From a virus: a stretch of DNA of 64,000 nucleotides. Within the stretch, counting starts at the first letter, position 1. Each line of letters begins with the position of its first letter. Under the pieces are notes generated by a model. The model was given only the letters and a program-made list of their open reading frames with translations, was not told where the DNA came from and made no database searches. A program made the position numbers and the translations under genes. Positions 9,552-18,312 of this stretch are shown in pieces. The DNA is taken from the IMG/VR virus record IMGVR_UViG_3300048575_000082, positions 36,916 through 100,915 of that record, one strand, 5' to 3'.

Positions 9552-10081
9552 CCCTTAACCATACACCGGGACGACCAGTACACAATGGCCTCTGCGAATT
9601 CTTGGGCCGTGTAGGCGGCGGCCGTACCCCCCTTGAGGACGAGCATGTTGCGCGCCATGGTGAGCGGGTGCATCGGCTCGGGCGCCTCCGTCACGCGGGC
9701 ATTGATGCTGACGATCTCGTAGTCAGCGTCGGTCGTAGCCTCATTGCCCTCCGCCAGGACGTCCTTGTGGTAGAGCACGATGTCCACGTACAAGGCCGCC
9801 TGCTTTTTGCCGTCTGCCACGACCTTGACGTAGGGGGCTTCATCGGGCCGACGTGCCACGAAGCTGGCCTCGAGGCGGGTCTCGGGGGTAACGTCAATGG
9901 TCGTTGAGAAGAAGCCGTCTGCGGGCACAGGGACCAAAAGAACGCCGGGACGGTAGCCTTGGCGGGCCTTGTCGAAGTGCTTGGTGACGAGGGCCTCAAG
10001 CTCCTCCCACGTTCCGGTGAAGTGAGCGTAGGGAGAGGTTTCGGTTTGACGGGTTACGAAATCGTTGATCTTGATCTTCAT
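9548..10081 (-). CDS. DUF3228-like protein
   Basis: FVARRPDEAP...YVDIVLY...EIVSI...PMHPLTMARN...GGT...AIVYW resembles the DUF3228 pattern. Confidence 0.55.
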   Translation of the reverse strand: MKIKINDFVTRQTETSPYAHFTGTWEELEALVTKHFDKARQGYRPGVLLVPVPADGFFSTTIDVTPETRLEASFVARRPDEAPYVKVVADGKKQAALYVDIVLYHKDVLAEGNEATTDADYEIVSINARVTEAPEPMHPLTMARNMLVLKGGTAAAYTAQEFAEAIVYWSSRCMVKG

Positions 10082-10144
10082 GATACCTGCCTGACGCACA
10101 AGGGTTGCGTTGTCTGACAGGGATATGCCACGAGGGCGTGAGGA

Positions 10145-10429
10145 TCAACTATTTCGTGGGGCGGGCATACGGGCGACGACGCCAGGGACCTGCTTCAGGA
10201 GATCAAAGTCGTGTTGCGCCCTTGCCCTTGAATCAGCACTGAGGTTATCAAGTTGGATGCCCTTGAGCATATCCACCTCAACAGAAGGCAGGACCAGCCC
10301 TGATTCGACATCGACGCGGAGACGTGAAACAGAGCCGATGACCTCACCGTTGACAGCCAGGCTCGCAAGGGATGTGAGCTTACCGTCTTCGACTTCGACC
10401 TTGATGTTGATTTCCAATGTGGTTCCCAT
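10145..10429 (-). CDS. Hypothetical protein
   Basis: 94-aa ORF with GGGAG RBS. Confidence 0.45.
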   Translation of the reverse strand: MGTTLEINIKVEVEDGKLTSLASLAVNGEVIGSVSRLRVDVESGLVLPSVEVDMLKGIQLDNLSADSRARAQHDFDLLKQVPGVVARMPAPRNS

Positions 10430-10444
10430 CTGTATCTCCCTGGG

Positions 10445-11317
10445 TTAATACCCGATGAACTTGGCGGGCGTCAAAACCCCACGGCCTGTGTAGGGGCCGA
10501 AGGCGCTCCGGATGCCCGTCCCGTAGCGCGGCTGCTGAAGGCCCTTCGTGAACTTGACCGTTTGCTTAGCCCGATCAAGCTGCTTATCGAACTGATCGAT
10601 CGCCATTTGGGCGGCTGACTCGTACTTGCTAGCCTTGTCGATCGCAAGGCTTACGCCCCCGATGGAGTAGTCGAACTCGTCGGCTACCCAGTTGATGCGC
10701 AAGGCTTGAAGGGCGTGGATCATAGCCCCGGTGAGCACAAGGGTGCGCCACTCCGGCATGGTCTGAACCATGTGATCGAGGCTGTTGAAAGGTGTCCTAG
10801 GGGGCGCGGCGACAACCATATCCAAGCCGCGATCGAGGTACTCAACCAGCTCCTCATCCTCCCAGATGAAACCGAAGACCCGGTTGTACTGCCGGATCGT
10901 TTCCTCATGGGTTGGCGGCCTGAAGTGATAGTTCCGGTCGGGGGAATTTGATACGAGTAGCCCTGATCTGAACAAAACGAAGTTGTGCCAATCCGCAGCC
11001 GTGACGTCGTACATATACTGCCGTGGAGGCAAGCTGTTCAAGGATAGCACTCGCACCCCATTGGACACAGCACCCGGCTGAAGTCGCTCGGCCTCAATCT
11101 TCTCAGTTGGGGCCAAGAACACGCGGTGCCCGCCTGTCAGCACAGCGGCCCCCTGGGACGTGGTGACCTCAACGACGTTCTCTGGCCCTACTTCAGCACG
11201 GTGTACCGCTTCAACACGCTTCCAAGCCAGATCCCCCCGTGGGGACACGGACTTCACGCGCAGCCGACCGTTGTGGAACGCCCTGCGAATCTTGTCCTGT
11301 TGAGTTACGTCGAGCAT
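10445..11317 (-). CDS. Split gene, 3' half: intein C-fragment (124 aa) fused to the C-extein of a putative neck/head-tail adaptor
   Basis: AAGGA RBS, ATG at 11317. Block B VLTGGHRVF, block F YMYDVTAADWHNF, block G GLLVSN, then Ser+1 (SPDRNYHFRPP...). Confidence 0.85.
   Translation of the reverse strand: MLDVTQQDKIRRAFHNGRLRVKSVSPRGDLAWKRVEAVHRAEVGPENVVEVTTSQGAAVLTGGHRVFLAPTEKIEAERLQPGAVSNGVRVLSLNSLPPRQYMYDVTAADWHNFVLFRSGLLVSNSPDRNYHFRPPTHEETIRQYNRVFGFIWEDEELVEYLDRGLDMVVAAPPRTPFNSLDHMVQTMPEWRTLVLTGAMIHALQALRINWVADEFDYSIGGVSLAIDKASKYESAAQMAIDQFDKQLDRAKQTVKFTKGLQQPRYGTGIRSAFGPYTGRGVLTPAKFIGY
10946..11317 (-). mobile_element. Split intein, C-terminal fragment (IntC)
   Basis: TxxH, D-V-T and terminal Asn followed by a Ser nucleophile; no block A. 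Confidence 0.85.
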
Positions 11318-12242
11318 CACCAAAGTCCTTCTCGGTCCAGACGATGAACACCCATCCCATGGATGCGGCAAAAGAAGAAGAAGCATGCAACCGACGCGAA
11401 ACCTTGTGGCCAGGGGGCAGTCCCAGCACCCAGCTCGCCTTGACCTCTAGCAAGGTCACCGAGCCGTCACGGTGCTGCACCACGAAGTCTGGTAGAATCC
11501 AGCGCCCGTCCGGCAGCTCGACCCGGCACTCGTACTCGTAGGCTACCACGTCTGGATCCGCGTCCAACAAGCCCACCACAACCCGCTCGTAGCTGCTGCG
11601 TGTCCAGATCCTGGGCGTGACGCACTTCACCGTGTCCACGTAGGCTCCCCGCCCACGGCACCACTTTTCGGGGTGCTCCTGCATCCGTTTGGTTTGAGCC
11701 CTGGACCGTTCCCGACGGACGTCTTCTGCCTGATGGTATGCCAACAAACGGGCACGTTCGTCCGGCCGCTGCCAGCGGCGCAAGGCAGCCTCATGTCGAT
11801 GCTCCTTCACATCTGGCCGCTGCGCTGCCAGCCTCAAGACTGTCCGCTCCGCCTGGGACCGGATGCGCCCCCGATGAAAGTCGAACGAGCCTGCTTCCCA
11901 CGCTTGCCGCAACTGCTCGGACAGCCAGGGCTTCTTTTCTCCGCGTCGAGCTTGGGCCGTGCGCGCTGCACAAGCCCGTCGATTCTCCCTGGATGCAGTG
12001 TTGCCCACGGCCCGTGTGCCGCGTTCGATGGCCCCCAGGGACAGCCCTGTGATCTCGACCATCCTGGCCCACGGCATCCCACCCAAGTGCAGCTCCGTGA
12101 TGATGTCCCGGCGCTTCTCGGCGACCCAAGCCAAATCCTTGGGCAGCCTGCCCTTGCGGGTGAACTGCTCCCAGGTCAACCCGTGGCGTTCAAGCAATGG
12201 GACTAGCTCAGAGTGTGCCGTGGATGGCTTCGTAGAGATCAC
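11211..12242 (-). CDS. Free-standing putative homing endonuclease (HTH + basic helical region + TnsA-like PD-(D/E)XK domain)
   Basis: RSSYE...LDADPDV..YEYE...ILPDF.V......LLEVK catalytic pattern; lies between the two intein halves and overlaps both; start uncertain. Confidence 0.7.
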   Translation of the reverse strand: MISTKPSTAHSELVPLLERHGLTWEQFTRKGRLPKDLAWVAEKRRDIITELHLGGMPWARMVEITGLSLGAIERGTRAVGNTASRENRRACAARTAQARRGEKKPWLSEQLRQAWEAGSFDFHRGRIRSQAERTVLRLAAQRPDVKEHRHEAALRRWQRPDERARLLAYHQAEDVRRERSRAQTKRMQEHPEKWCRGRGAYVDTVKCVTPRIWTRSSYERVVVGLLDADPDVVAYEYECRVELPDGRWILPDFVVQHRDGSVTLLEVKASWVLGLPPGHKVSRRLHASSSFAASMGWVFIVWTEKDFGDARRNSTGQDSQGVPQRSAAREVRVPTGGSGLEAC

Positions 12243-12699
12243 GGACAGATACTACCATTCGTTCCCCGTCCACGTCAAGCTCAATCAACTCCTCCTCACC
12301 GATGCAGTTGTCCCGGAGCAGGATGCGCAGCCGCCGCGCAAGGTCCACTGTGGCGACAGAGTAGGGCTGCGGAGCCTCTACGGCTCTATCCAGGATGGCG
12401 AACTCTTGAACGGCCGTTTGAATGGGGCCGTTGACCGTCTCACGGAATGACCACCGAACGCGGTAGGTGCCAAGGTTGGCATCCAAGGGGATGACGATGT
12501 TGGCGTAGTACTCACCTACCGAGGGGTTGGCAGGCGTGCGCCTAGGAGGCCCCACAAGGGCCTCGAGCCCCGTGGTGACGTCGTAGATCGCGTAGCTGAT
12601 CTCCGCCACGTTGGTAGGGTTACCAGAGGCATTATCGAGGAAGATGTTGAGATCTTCTCGACCTAGCTGCTGTCCACGATAATAGGCTACGCCACCCAT
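12208..12699 (-). CDS. Split gene, 5' half: N-extein of a putative neck protein fused to intein N-fragment (32 aa)
   Basis: ...RRLRILLRDN then CIGEEELIELDVDGERMVVSVRDLYEAIHGTL-stop; Cys1 block-A-like start. Confidence 0.8.
   Translation of the reverse strand: MGGVAYYRGQQLGREDLNIFLDNASGNPTNVAEISYAIYDVTTGLEALVGPPRRTPANPSVGEYYANIVIPLDANLGTYRVRWSFRETVNGPIQTAVQEFAILDRAVEAPQPYSVATVDLARRLRILLRDNCIGEEELIELDVDGERMVVSVRDLYEAIHGTL
12211..12306 (-). mobile_element. Split intein, short N-terminal fragment (IntN)
   Basis: Cys1 codon at 12304-12306; 32 aa with 9 acidic versus 2 Arg residues. Confidence 0.75.
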
Positions 12700-12702
12700 T
12701 GC

Positions 12703-12906
12703 TTAACCCTTCGGCCACCGAACTTCAATGTCCGGGGCATCGCCTTCTTGCTGCTTCTCAACCCACTTCTTCGCGGCTTTCTCGTCCTTGAAAGACTTCG
12801 TCTTCCACCCGCCCTTACCAGGGATGCGGTAGCGGATCTCGTAGTCCCCCGAGGCATTCAGGTACCTTGCAACAATCCTTCGGGCCATCTCATCACGTGC
12901 AGACAT
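12703..12906 (-). CDS. Small protein with RRIVARYL tag
   Basis: GAGG RBS; MSARDEMARRIVARYLNAS, then a YEIRYRIPG...IEVRW module. Confidence 0.6.
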   Translation of the reverse strand: MSARDEMARRIVARYLNASGDYEIRYRIPGKGGWKTKSFKDEKAAKKWVEKQQEGDAPDIEVRWPKG

Positions 12907-12916
12907 CGTGGGCTCC

Positions 12917-13255
12917 TCAACGCAGCTCTCGGAGGACGTCCCCGAGAAAGTCTCGAATACGTAAGGCTTTACGCTTGCCGTCCTTGTCGGAATCAAGCGC
13001 AAGGTAGTCGATCAAGTCGGCTACCTGCTTGCTAGCTTGTTGGACATCTTTCTTCTCGACAGGCTTCTTGGCCTTGAGATTGTCCAGCACGCCAAGGAGG
13101 GTCGGTGCGGCTTCCTTCACGTCGGATCGATCGAAGTTTTTGAGGGCATACGCGGACTCCTCCGAGTAGAAATCCGTGTTCTTCAAGCCCTTATTCGTGG
13201 TCGCCGCCGAAAGGTAACGTGCTACAACGCGTTTTGCCACTGCTGATCTGTCCAT
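12917..13255 (-). CDS. Small protein with KRVVARYL tag
   Basis: ATG overlaps the upstream TAA (TAATG); MDRSAVAKRVVARYLSAA. Confidence 0.6.
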   Translation of the reverse strand: MDRSAVAKRVVARYLSAATTNKGLKNTDFYSEESAYALKNFDRSDVKEAAPTLLGVLDNLKAKKPVEKKDVQQASKQVADLIDYLALDSDKDGKRKALRIRDFLGDVLRELR

Positions 13256-14061
13256 TAGAACCATCCTCGTTGCCGTGTACAGGTCGGCGGGGGCGACCCG
13301 GCTGCGATTGCATCTTGTATCATGAAGCACATAGCCTCTTCAAGTACAGGACCACCATAAGTAAGCTGGTAGCGCCAAACAATCCGCCACCGGCCCGGCT
13401 GACCCCCGTCCCCAGCGATACCCGTGGCGTAGTACTCACCAATGTCGCCTTGAGCTGGGTAGCGATCAGAAGGACCGATTAGCTTCGGAACACACCCAGG
13501 GAGCCCTTGATAGAGCGTGTAGGTCACACGGTAGGGGGAGATCGCGCCTTTACCGATCTGCGTGATCCAGATCCCCAAGTCACCTCGTTGCAGCATCTGC
13601 CCAAGGCGCAAGGTTCGGATCGAAGACTTGCAGCTCAGAGGGGCCGGAACGCGAACAACCTCAAGGTAGGCAGAGAGGTTGCAGCCACAAATGATGGGCA
13701 TTGGCTGCGCGTACGTTACAAGGGACGTCCCAGAAATATGCCCGTGCAGCATACGCGATCGGTGCAGAACTGCCGTAGTAGACCCTACACCGATGATGGC
13801 ACCCGAGAGATTGGTCTCTCGCAAGGATAGCGTGCCCACCCCATGAATGTTCCCGGAGACGATGACGCTTCGATACGGTGCCGCCCCTTCTACGTCGGCG
13901 CTCCCCAAGATAGCTCCTTGCAAGCGATGCCCAATGTACGCGGTGCTTGGCAGGGAGGCTAGTCCGTTCGCGGATCCTACCAATCGGTGAAGGATACTCC
14001 ACGAGGGCGGCGGGAGGTTGGCCTCGCCAAGGATGTCTCCTGAGAGGAGGACGTCAGCCAT
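13255..14061 (-). CDS. Hypothetical virion protein (Gly-rich repeats plus Ig-like C-terminus)
   Basis: 268-aa ORF coupled to both neighbours by 1-nt stop/start overlaps. Confidence 0.5.
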   Translation of the reverse strand: MADVLLSGDILGEANLPPPSWSILHRLVGSANGLASLPSTAYIGHRLQGAILGSADVEGAAPYRSVIVSGNIHGVGTLSLRETNLSGAIIGVGSTTAVLHRSRMLHGHISGTSLVTYAQPMPIICGCNLSAYLEVVRVPAPLSCKSSIRTLRLGQMLQRGDLGIWITQIGKGAISPYRVTYTLYQGLPGCVPKLIGPSDRYPAQGDIGEYYATGIAGDGGQPGRWRIVWRYQLTYGGPVLEEAMCFMIQDAIAAGSPPPTCTRQRGWF

Positions 14062-14444
14062 TAGCTCTCTGTCACCGTAAGCTGCCCTGCCGGGAAGCGT
14101 GCGTCGTCATTGACGTCGATAAGCCTGGGTGCCGCAAAGGAGGCGAAGTAGAGCATGTTGCCCCCAGAGGCTGCGTCCATGAGGGCGTAAGCCTCAACGG
14201 TTCCCCAAGGGGCTGTCGCCGTGGGGAAGACAACGTCAGCCGAATTGGCGGTCGTGCCCGCCACAGGGTCCGTGAAGGTCGCGGGCTGCCGCGCATAAGC
14301 GCCACCGGACACTTCAATCCCAGGAAGGGTCGGTGTTGGCGCGGTCGTGAAAAGAGCCACGTAGATTGTGGATGGAGATGAATAGGCAACGCCCCGAAGG
14401 ACGTGGTTGAGAAGAACGGTGTCGAGATAGACGGTCTTGGGCAT
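14061..14444 (-). CDS. Phage tail-associated protein (YVALFT...EVSGGAYAR family)
   Basis: LLNHVLRG...IYVALFTTAP...EVSGGAYAR...FPTAT..WGTV...LMDAASGGNMLY; paralog at 15390-15776. Confidence 0.65.
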   Translation of the reverse strand: MPKTVYLDTVLLNHVLRGVAYSSPSTIYVALFTTAPTPTLPGIEVSGGAYARQPATFTDPVAGTTANSADVVFPTATAPWGTVEAYALMDAASGGNMLYFASFAAPRLIDVNDDARFPAGQLTVTES

Positions 14445-14456
14445 CGGGGTCTCCTA

Positions 14457-14849
14457 TCAGGTGGGCCGTGTAAATGAACTTTTGACGCCCGAGGCAGCGT
14501 CGGTCTGGGTTTGAGCGGAAACGTCGTAGTCTTGAGCCGATGTCTGTGTCCCTACAGGGTATGACACAAGCACACGCCAGAACCCCACAGCATTGGGCCG
14601 GAAGCGGAGGCTGTAGAATCCGGGGGACCCGGGGATCTCATGGAAGTAGATCCGGCCGCTCGCAACCTGATTGTCAAGGACGCTGCTACCGGAGGTGAGG
14701 GGCCAAGGCTGCGCGCTATTGTTGAAGAACACCAGGCATGTGAGATCGGCAATGGTCAATCCCGTGATGCGCGTGAAGCCGTCCACAGCGAGGAAGTCAA
14801 CCTGATCAAGGACGACTTGATTGGCTTGGATGAGACGGGTGTTGGGCAT
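14457..14849 (-). CDS. Hypothetical virion protein (Ig-like)
   Basis: GGAG RBS before MPNTRL; PGFYSLRFRP motif. Confidence 0.5.
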   Translation of the reverse strand: MPNTRLIQANQVVLDQVDFLAVDGFTRITGLTIADLTCLVFFNNSAQPWPLTSGSSVLDNQVASGRIYFHEIPGSPGFYSLRFRPNAVGFWRVLVSYPVGTQTSAQDYDVSAQTQTDAASGVKSSFTRPT

Positions 14850-14888
14850 GAGCGATCTCCTCAATTCGAAGACCGCATAGGGAGAAAT

Positions 14889-15377
14889 TCAGGTCTGACG
14901 GCGAGGGGAAATGCTCGGGTGCGTCAACACGGGCGAGGGTGGTGTGATCCGCATACCAACCCCAAGCACGGATGTGACCTCTGGGGCGGGGGCTACGACA
15001 GGGTGTGAAACGTACGGAACACCCATCTGTAGGTTTGAATTGCCGCTGAAAGTCACCCTGAAGGCGCTAGCCACATTCAAGGATGCCTGGACGTCACTTT
15101 GGCCGCTCACACTAGCAGAGATTGGCACGTTGGCGTGGAGGTCATCATAGATTGCGCTGTCTCCAGCAAGGGCCGCAGCCAAGGAACGTTGGGCGCTGGC
15201 CGTGGCAGCCAGGCTGCTCTCACCGGCCAGGGCCGCGTCCAGGGGCTTCTGGGTGCTTTCCGTAGCCGACAGATCTGACTCACCCGAGAAATCGGTGGCA
15301 AGCGCCCAGAGGACGTTGGACGTCGCGGAAACGTCGCCTTCCCCTGCTAGTGCTGCTTCGAGTGCGATGTCAGCCAT
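14889..15377 (-). CDS. Ala/Ser/Gly repeat virion protein
   Basis: Imperfect LxAALAGES-type repeats. Confidence 0.5.
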   Translation of the reverse strand: MADIALEAALAGEGDVSATSNVLWALATDFSGESDLSATESTQKPLDAALAGESSLAATASAQRSLAAALAGDSAIYDDLHANVPISASVSGQSDVQASLNVASAFRVTFSGNSNLQMGVPYVSHPVVAPAPEVTSVLGVGMRITPPSPVLTHPSISPRRQT

Positions 15378-15389
15378 GGATCCCCCTTA

Positions 15390-15776
15390 TCAGGTCTCGT
15401 TGACCGTCAGGGTGCCCGTCCCGAAGGAAGCCGTGTCCCCATTGTCCACCGTCTTGGTCGACGCGAGGTCACCGAAGTAGAGCATGTTGCCCGCCGTGGG
15501 ATCATCGAAGATCGCCACACCCGTAACGACGCCCCATGAGGCCGTCGCCGTGGGGAACGTGCAAGGCGCACTATTCGAGGCGGCGCCGTTGGTCGGAGCA
15601 CCAATGGTGACGGCCGTCCGGGCGTAAGCACCACCCGTGACTTCCGTCCCCGCCGTGCCCTTGGTAGGCGTCACGGTGAAAAGGGCTGCGTAGACCGTCG
15701 TGGGAGAGGTCACGCTGCTATTCCGCAGGAAGTGGTTGATGACGCTGTTCTCGAGGTAGTGCGACTTGTTGTTCAC
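15390..15776 (-). CDS. Phage tail-associated protein, paralog of 14061-14444
   Basis: SHYLENSVINHFLRN...VYAALFT...EVTGGAYAR...FPTATASWG...GNMLYFG. Confidence 0.65.
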   Translation of the reverse strand: MNNKSHYLENSVINHFLRNSSVTSPTTVYAALFTVTPTKGTAGTEVTGGAYARTAVTIGAPTNGAASNSAPCTFPTATASWGVVTGVAIFDDPTAGNMLYFGDLASTKTVDNGDTASFGTGTLTVNET

Positions 15777-15789
15777 GATGAACCTCCAC

Positions 15790-16044
15790 CTATGTCATGT
15801 GGCAAACAGACTTCAGGCTCTTGATGGCATTCGAGAAAGGAAGTGCTGGGACCTTACCCGTGTGGTTGAACCACGCGGTTTTCAGCTCTTCGATGTTCGC
15901 GACCGACCCATCGAAGATGAAGAAGACCTTCCCCCCTTGCTCACGCTCATGGCGCACAAGGGGGGCTCCGGCTACTTGAAGGTACGCCGCGAAGTAAAGG
16001 TCACAGGTTCGAACTTCTTTTCCGTGATCGGGTTTGGCCGACAT
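15790..16044 (-). CDS. DUF5659-like small protein
   Basis: TCDLYFAAYL...KVFFIF motif. Confidence 0.5.
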   Translation of the reverse strand: MSAKPDHGKEVRTCDLYFAAYLQVAGAPLVRHEREQGGKVFFIFDGSVANIEELKTAWFNHTGKVPALPFSNAIKSLKSVCHMT

Positions 16045-16119
16045 CTTTCATCCAATCTCGGCGCAGAGCGCCGTAACGCATCGAATTCTGAATCTAGATA
16101 TACATCTGCCTGCTAACAA

Positions 16120-17211
16120 TCAGGCGACCACTCGCACGTTCGAGAGCAAGGTGTCCATCTTGACTTGCACCCAGCAGGTCGCCGCAGCGAGGCCCGGGAG
16201 CGCGGTGAGGGGGACAACGATGCTCGTTGCGGAGATCGTTCCGCCTGCATGCTTGATGGCACGCTGGTCAAGGGTCTTGGCGCAAGCGCCGGTGGTCTTG
16301 ATCGAGGACATGAAGGTCTCGTTGGAACCGAGTCCCGTCCCTGTGATGGTCAAGTTACCGCCGCCGATAACGGCCGACGTGATGTTCGGAACCGGTGCGG
16401 TGTAGAGCGACACCCCGTCGTCTTGGACGACCGTGATAGCTGCTCCATCAGGGAGGCGGTTGGCATCGGGGGTGTAGTTGGCCGAACGGTAGCCAGCGAG
16501 GTTGCCTACCTGGAAGCTTCGAACAACCACCTGGGTCTCGACGAGCTTGAGGGAGACAGCGTCCGCTACCGCAAGAGCCTGGGCGTCAGTCAAGCCGCCA
16601 CCAAGGGTTGCCAAGAGGGTCGCGTTCGACACATCCAAGGGGCCGCCTACGGGGTTGAGGGCCGTGATGACCGCTGCCGCCGTGGGCATGGTGAATGCCC
16701 CGCCTGCAATCGCGATCCCAGGGACCGAATTGAAGGTCGAGCCACCCGCCACCGAGTCAACCTCGATGTAGGCACCAGGGCCGGTCGCCGTTGACTTGAG
16801 AACCATGAAGGTCCCCGTGCGGTCAAGGCTGACGCTGGCTGCCACACCGCCCGCAACAAGGGCTGCATTGACCGCAACCATGAGGGCCGCGACCGTAGCG
16901 TAGGCTGCCATGGCGATATTGCAGGTCGTGAACGCTGTGGGTGCCACAGAGGTTCTCACCTTGAGGGCTCGGTTGCCAGCACCAATGGTGATCGGCAAGC
17001 CGATGGACGTCATGTTGACCGTGCCGAGCAATCCTGCCTGGGCACCCGCCATAGCCGTCGCCATCTCGCTGAGAATGGGTCGGCTGATGTAGAACGTCTG
17101 CCCGACCGGTTCGATTGCCGGATCGTATTGAGAAATGACTTCAAGGTCCGCGAGGAACAGCGGGCCAGGGAGGTCTCCGCGAGTGACTGCTACGCGCATA
17201 GTATCAACCAT
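16120..17211 (-). CDS. Hypothetical structural protein with C-terminal Ig/IPT-like domain
   Basis: Ala/Gly/Val-rich; C-terminus NLTITGTGL...GGTISATSIVVP shared with 17582-18181. Confidence 0.55.
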   Translation of the reverse strand: MVDTMRVAVTRGDLPGPLFLADLEVISQYDPAIEPVGQTFYISRPILSEMATAMAGAQAGLLGTVNMTSIGLPITIGAGNRALKVRTSVAPTAFTTCNIAMAAYATVAALMVAVNAALVAGGVAASVSLDRTGTFMVLKSTATGPGAYIEVDSVAGGSTFNSVPGIAIAGGAFTMPTAAAVITALNPVGGPLDVSNATLLATLGGGLTDAQALAVADAVSLKLVETQVVVRSFQVGNLAGYRSANYTPDANRLPDGAAITVVQDDGVSLYTAPVPNITSAVIGGGNLTITGTGLGSNETFMSSIKTTGACAKTLDQRAIKHAGGTISATSIVVPLTALPGLAAATCWVQVKMDTLLSNVRVVA

Positions 17212-17578
17212 CCTTTACTTGTGGGTCCAGCCGCCCCCTGGCCTTGTCTGTGGCGAGGAGCCGCATGATTGTCCCGTAGTCCGAAAGAAAACCCGTGACG
17301 GCCTGCAAGAAAGCCAGGTCGTCGTAACGCCAAGCCCGTTTTGCCTGCTGCTCGTAGAGACGCATACGGTGAATCAGCTTCACGTACACGTCCCCACGAT
17401 CCATCGATGCGAACTCGTCCAGGGCTGCCGCGAGATAGGAGTACTTCTCCTGGATATCCTTGAGCAAGGATCGACGGTAGGGCTCTTGTAAAAGCCCTGT
17501 TGGCCGCCAACGGCGATCGAGCCGTTGGAAGGCACCCGCTTCTTGCTCCAGAATCCATGGTAGAAGCCTCGTAGTCAT
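17204..17578 (-). CDS. Hypothetical protein
   Basis: 124-aa ORF packed between structural genes. Confidence 0.45.
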   Translation of the reverse strand: MTTRLLPWILEQEAGAFQRLDRRWRPTGLLQEPYRRSLLKDIQEKYSYLAAALDEFASMDRGDVYVKLIHRMRLYEQQAKRAWRYDDLAFLQAVTGFLSDYGTIMRLLATDKARGRLDPQVKDG

Positions 17579-17581
17579 TCA

Positions 17582-18181
17582 TCACACAACGCTGAAAGAG
17601 TTGGACCGCTTCTCGTCCGAAACAACAAGCGCGGCCGTTCCCGGTGCAGCGATTCCAGGGACCAGAGCAGCGGGGATGAAGATGCTGGTATCGGAGATCG
17701 TTCCGGTACCTGCCAAGATCTCCGCCTGGGTCAAGGTCACCGCGCCGGTCCCCGTGAGTTCCACCTTCGTGGTAACGGGAGCAAGCGACAGCAGCCCGGT
17801 GCCGGTGATGGTCAAGTCACCTGCGCCTGGAACGCCAAGCTGTGCATTGGTGATGACTGGGGTCGCAACGTCCGCCTCGGCAAAGACCGTGACGTCGATG
17901 AGGCCCGCCCGACGCAACCCGTAGATCTTCCCCTTGCCTGCCGAATGCGTCACACGATCTGTCTCGTAGACGTCGATGAAGCCCGCGATGGTCGTATCCG
18001 CAGGATGGGCATAGGGGATGTAGCAGGATTGCTTGGGCTTGTTTGCGTAACCATCCCGAGGGTACGCCTTCGGATCGGCTGTCGTGCCCATCCTGTGTAC
18101 CGTCTTGTTCGGGAGCCCGTCGTCAATGTCATCGACGAGAAGAGGACCGAGGGTTGTTTGCTTGTGGATGAGTCGCAGCAT
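17582..18181 (-). CDS. Hypothetical structural protein with C-terminal Ig/IPT-like domain
   Basis: DLTITGTGLL...GTISDTSIFIP, paralogous to 16120-17211; AGGAG RBS. Confidence 0.55.
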   Translation of the reverse strand: MLRLIHKQTTLGPLLVDDIDDGLPNKTVHRMGTTADPKAYPRDGYANKPKQSCYIPYAHPADTTIAGFIDVYETDRVTHSAGKGKIYGLRRAGLIDVTVFAEADVATPVITNAQLGVPGAGDLTITGTGLLSLAPVTTKVELTGTGAVTLTQAEILAGTGTISDTSIFIPAALVPGIAAPGTAALVVSDEKRSNSFSVV

Positions 18182-18252
18182 GAGCGCTCCTAATGAGTTG
18201 CAGGGAAATCCCTTCGACCAGTGCCCGCTATAAAAGGAAAGCGGGGCGTCCA

Positions 18253-18270
18253 GAGGCGGTTGCCCGCCCC
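18253..18270 (-). terminator. GC-rich hairpin with GCAA loop
   Basis: Minus strand GGGGCGG-GCAA-CCGCCTC downstream of 18313-18939; no strong U-tract. Confidence 0.35.
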
Positions 18271-18312
18271 GTTCTTGAAAAATAACCGTGAGCCCAGGGA
18301 TGCACGTTGGGG

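Noticed and set aside
11318-12207. Group I intron joining the two intein halves at the RNA level
   Set aside because: No intron core elements were recognised, the interval is fully coding, and the downstream half has its own RBS and ATG. Not formally excluded without covariance-model searches.
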